Assembly: GCA_013265495.1 (NCBI GenBank)
Contig: MU057930.1
Span: 567,599-631,598, forward strand
Length of the DNA: 64,000 nt
Direction of reading: 5' to 3'
DNA from: Vicugna vicugna
Lineage: Eukaryota
Shown: piece after piece, positions 62,658-64,000 of the stretch
Layout: every line of letters begins with the position of its first letter
Position numbering within the stretch: position 1 is the stretch's first letter
Notes under the pieces: generated by a model
Databases searched by the model: none
What the model saw: only the letters and a program-made list of their open reading frames with translations
What the model was told of the DNA's origin: nothing
Program-made: the position numbers and the translations under genes

Positions 62658-62855
62658 GAATGTGGTACATATATACAATGGAATACTATTCAGCCATAAA
62701 AATGGTAACATAGCACCATTTGCAGCAACAAGGATGTTCCTGGAGAATGTCATTCTAAGTGAAGTAAGCCGGAAAGAGAAAGAAAAATGCCAATATGACA
62801 TCATTTATATGAGGAATCTAAAAAAATAATAATCATATTAGGGACACAAATGAAC
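62658..62855 (+). mobile_element. L1 ORF2-end fragment
   Basis: TGTGGTACATATATACAATGGAATACTATTCAGCCATAAAAA..CCATTTGCAGCAACA..ATTCTAAGTGAAGTAAGCC. Confidence 0.9.
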
Positions 62856-63694
62856 TGATTATTATTCTGATTTCTTGAATATGTGTAAGCATGTCTGACC
62901 GTCCTTTATGACTGCATTACACTGCCTTTGCTCTTCACAATGAGAACAGTAAAACACAGAACTTGACAGGACTTAACACATATATCCAGCGAAACCCATC
63001 TTCTTAATAGACCATGAAGGAATACCAACTGGATGGAAGAATTCAATGCCATCTTCTCTGTCTCTCTCTCTTTTTTTTCACTTGTTATTTTTAAAAAACT
63101 TTTTTTAAATTCAGGTATAAATGATTTACAATATTATGTAAATATCAGGTGTTCCTCTTAATGGAAAATTTGAAGCCATGGAATAAGTTCTGGCTACTAA
63201 AGGACATCTTCACATTAAAAAGAAAAAAATGAGCCACAGGGCTATCTTCAGTGAAATGATCTGGGTGTTATTTACAAAAAGTTTCTTTTGTAATATACAT
63301 TTTGACTGAGGCTTTTAAATTTGGACCCATTCACCAAAGCGTTGAGTCTTACATTTGGGAAAAACAAAGAAGGACATAATGAGTTGAAGGAACAGCTCTA
63401 TATCCCTGTGGAGATGTATTTTTCAACCATCTGGGTTTTAACTGACTGTGACATGTGGCCTATTCAAGCTCTCTGTCTTTCCAGTGGTCAGTTCTTCAGA
63501 AATCCTTCAGAAACTGAAAACTGGGATGAGCTCAGAAAATCCTTGCTTTGTTTTTTTTTTCGCCCTCATATGTATGACGTTTTATGGAAAGAATACTGAA
63601 TGATTTAGCTCTTAGTGACTCACTGTTCCGCAGAAAGTTGCACAATTAACTTCATCTGCAAGGATCAGGTAGCTGGCCAGGTTTATAATTAGTG

Positions 63695-64000
63695 GATGGA
63701 TGAACAGATGTTTTAACCTAGATATAGAAAGATAGATGGACTACTGACATATAGGTAGGTAGATAATAGATTAGATGGATGGATGGATGAATGCATGGAT
63801 GGATGCATGGATAGACAGATAGATAGATGGGTAGATAGATAGGTAGACAGTAAGGATGGATGGATGGATGATGGATGGACGGATGGATAGACAGATAGAC
63901 AGATTAGATAGATAGATAGATGGGTAGATGGGTAGATAGGTAGATAGGATGGATGGATGGATGGATGGATGGACGGATAGACAGATTAGATAGACAGACA
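63695..64000. repeat. Compound (GGAT)/(AGAT)/(AGAC) array running off the window end
   Basis: Directly visible. Confidence 0.95.

Noticed and set aside
1..64000. Exons of known PAR/distal-Xp genes (STS, ANOS1, PNPLA4, PUDP, MID1)
   Set aside because: Compared the ORF track with remembered protein sequences and found no match; short exons could have been missed.

Overview
Non-coding, repeat-rich mammalian genomic DNA, most likely from a camelid. It carries several tRNA-Ala(AGC)-derived SINEs that look like camelid vic-1, plus artiodactyl-style L1 3' ends. I recognise no cellular protein-coding exon or RNA gene. The only ORFs I can assign are L1 ORF2 remnants; the best is 36574-37209, with the CX3CX7HX4C knuckle. 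Other long ORFs are translations of simple repeats. Contents: L1, L2, MIR, MaLR (MLT1), ERVL (MLT2, MER21) and ERV1-type LTRs, hAT/Tigger MITEs, six large GATA/GGAT-type arrays, two small CpG-island-like patches (about 3.5 kb and 44 kb), two local tandem duplications and a 13-N gap. Ancient repeats appear unusually GC/CpG-rich. Together with the GATA arrays this suggests (inference only) a high-recombination region such as the pseudoautosomal region/distal Xp or a subtelomere. I found no convincing new biological system. Repeat family names come from visual recall of consensus sequences, and boundaries are approximate (about 20-50 bp) unless a TSD is given.
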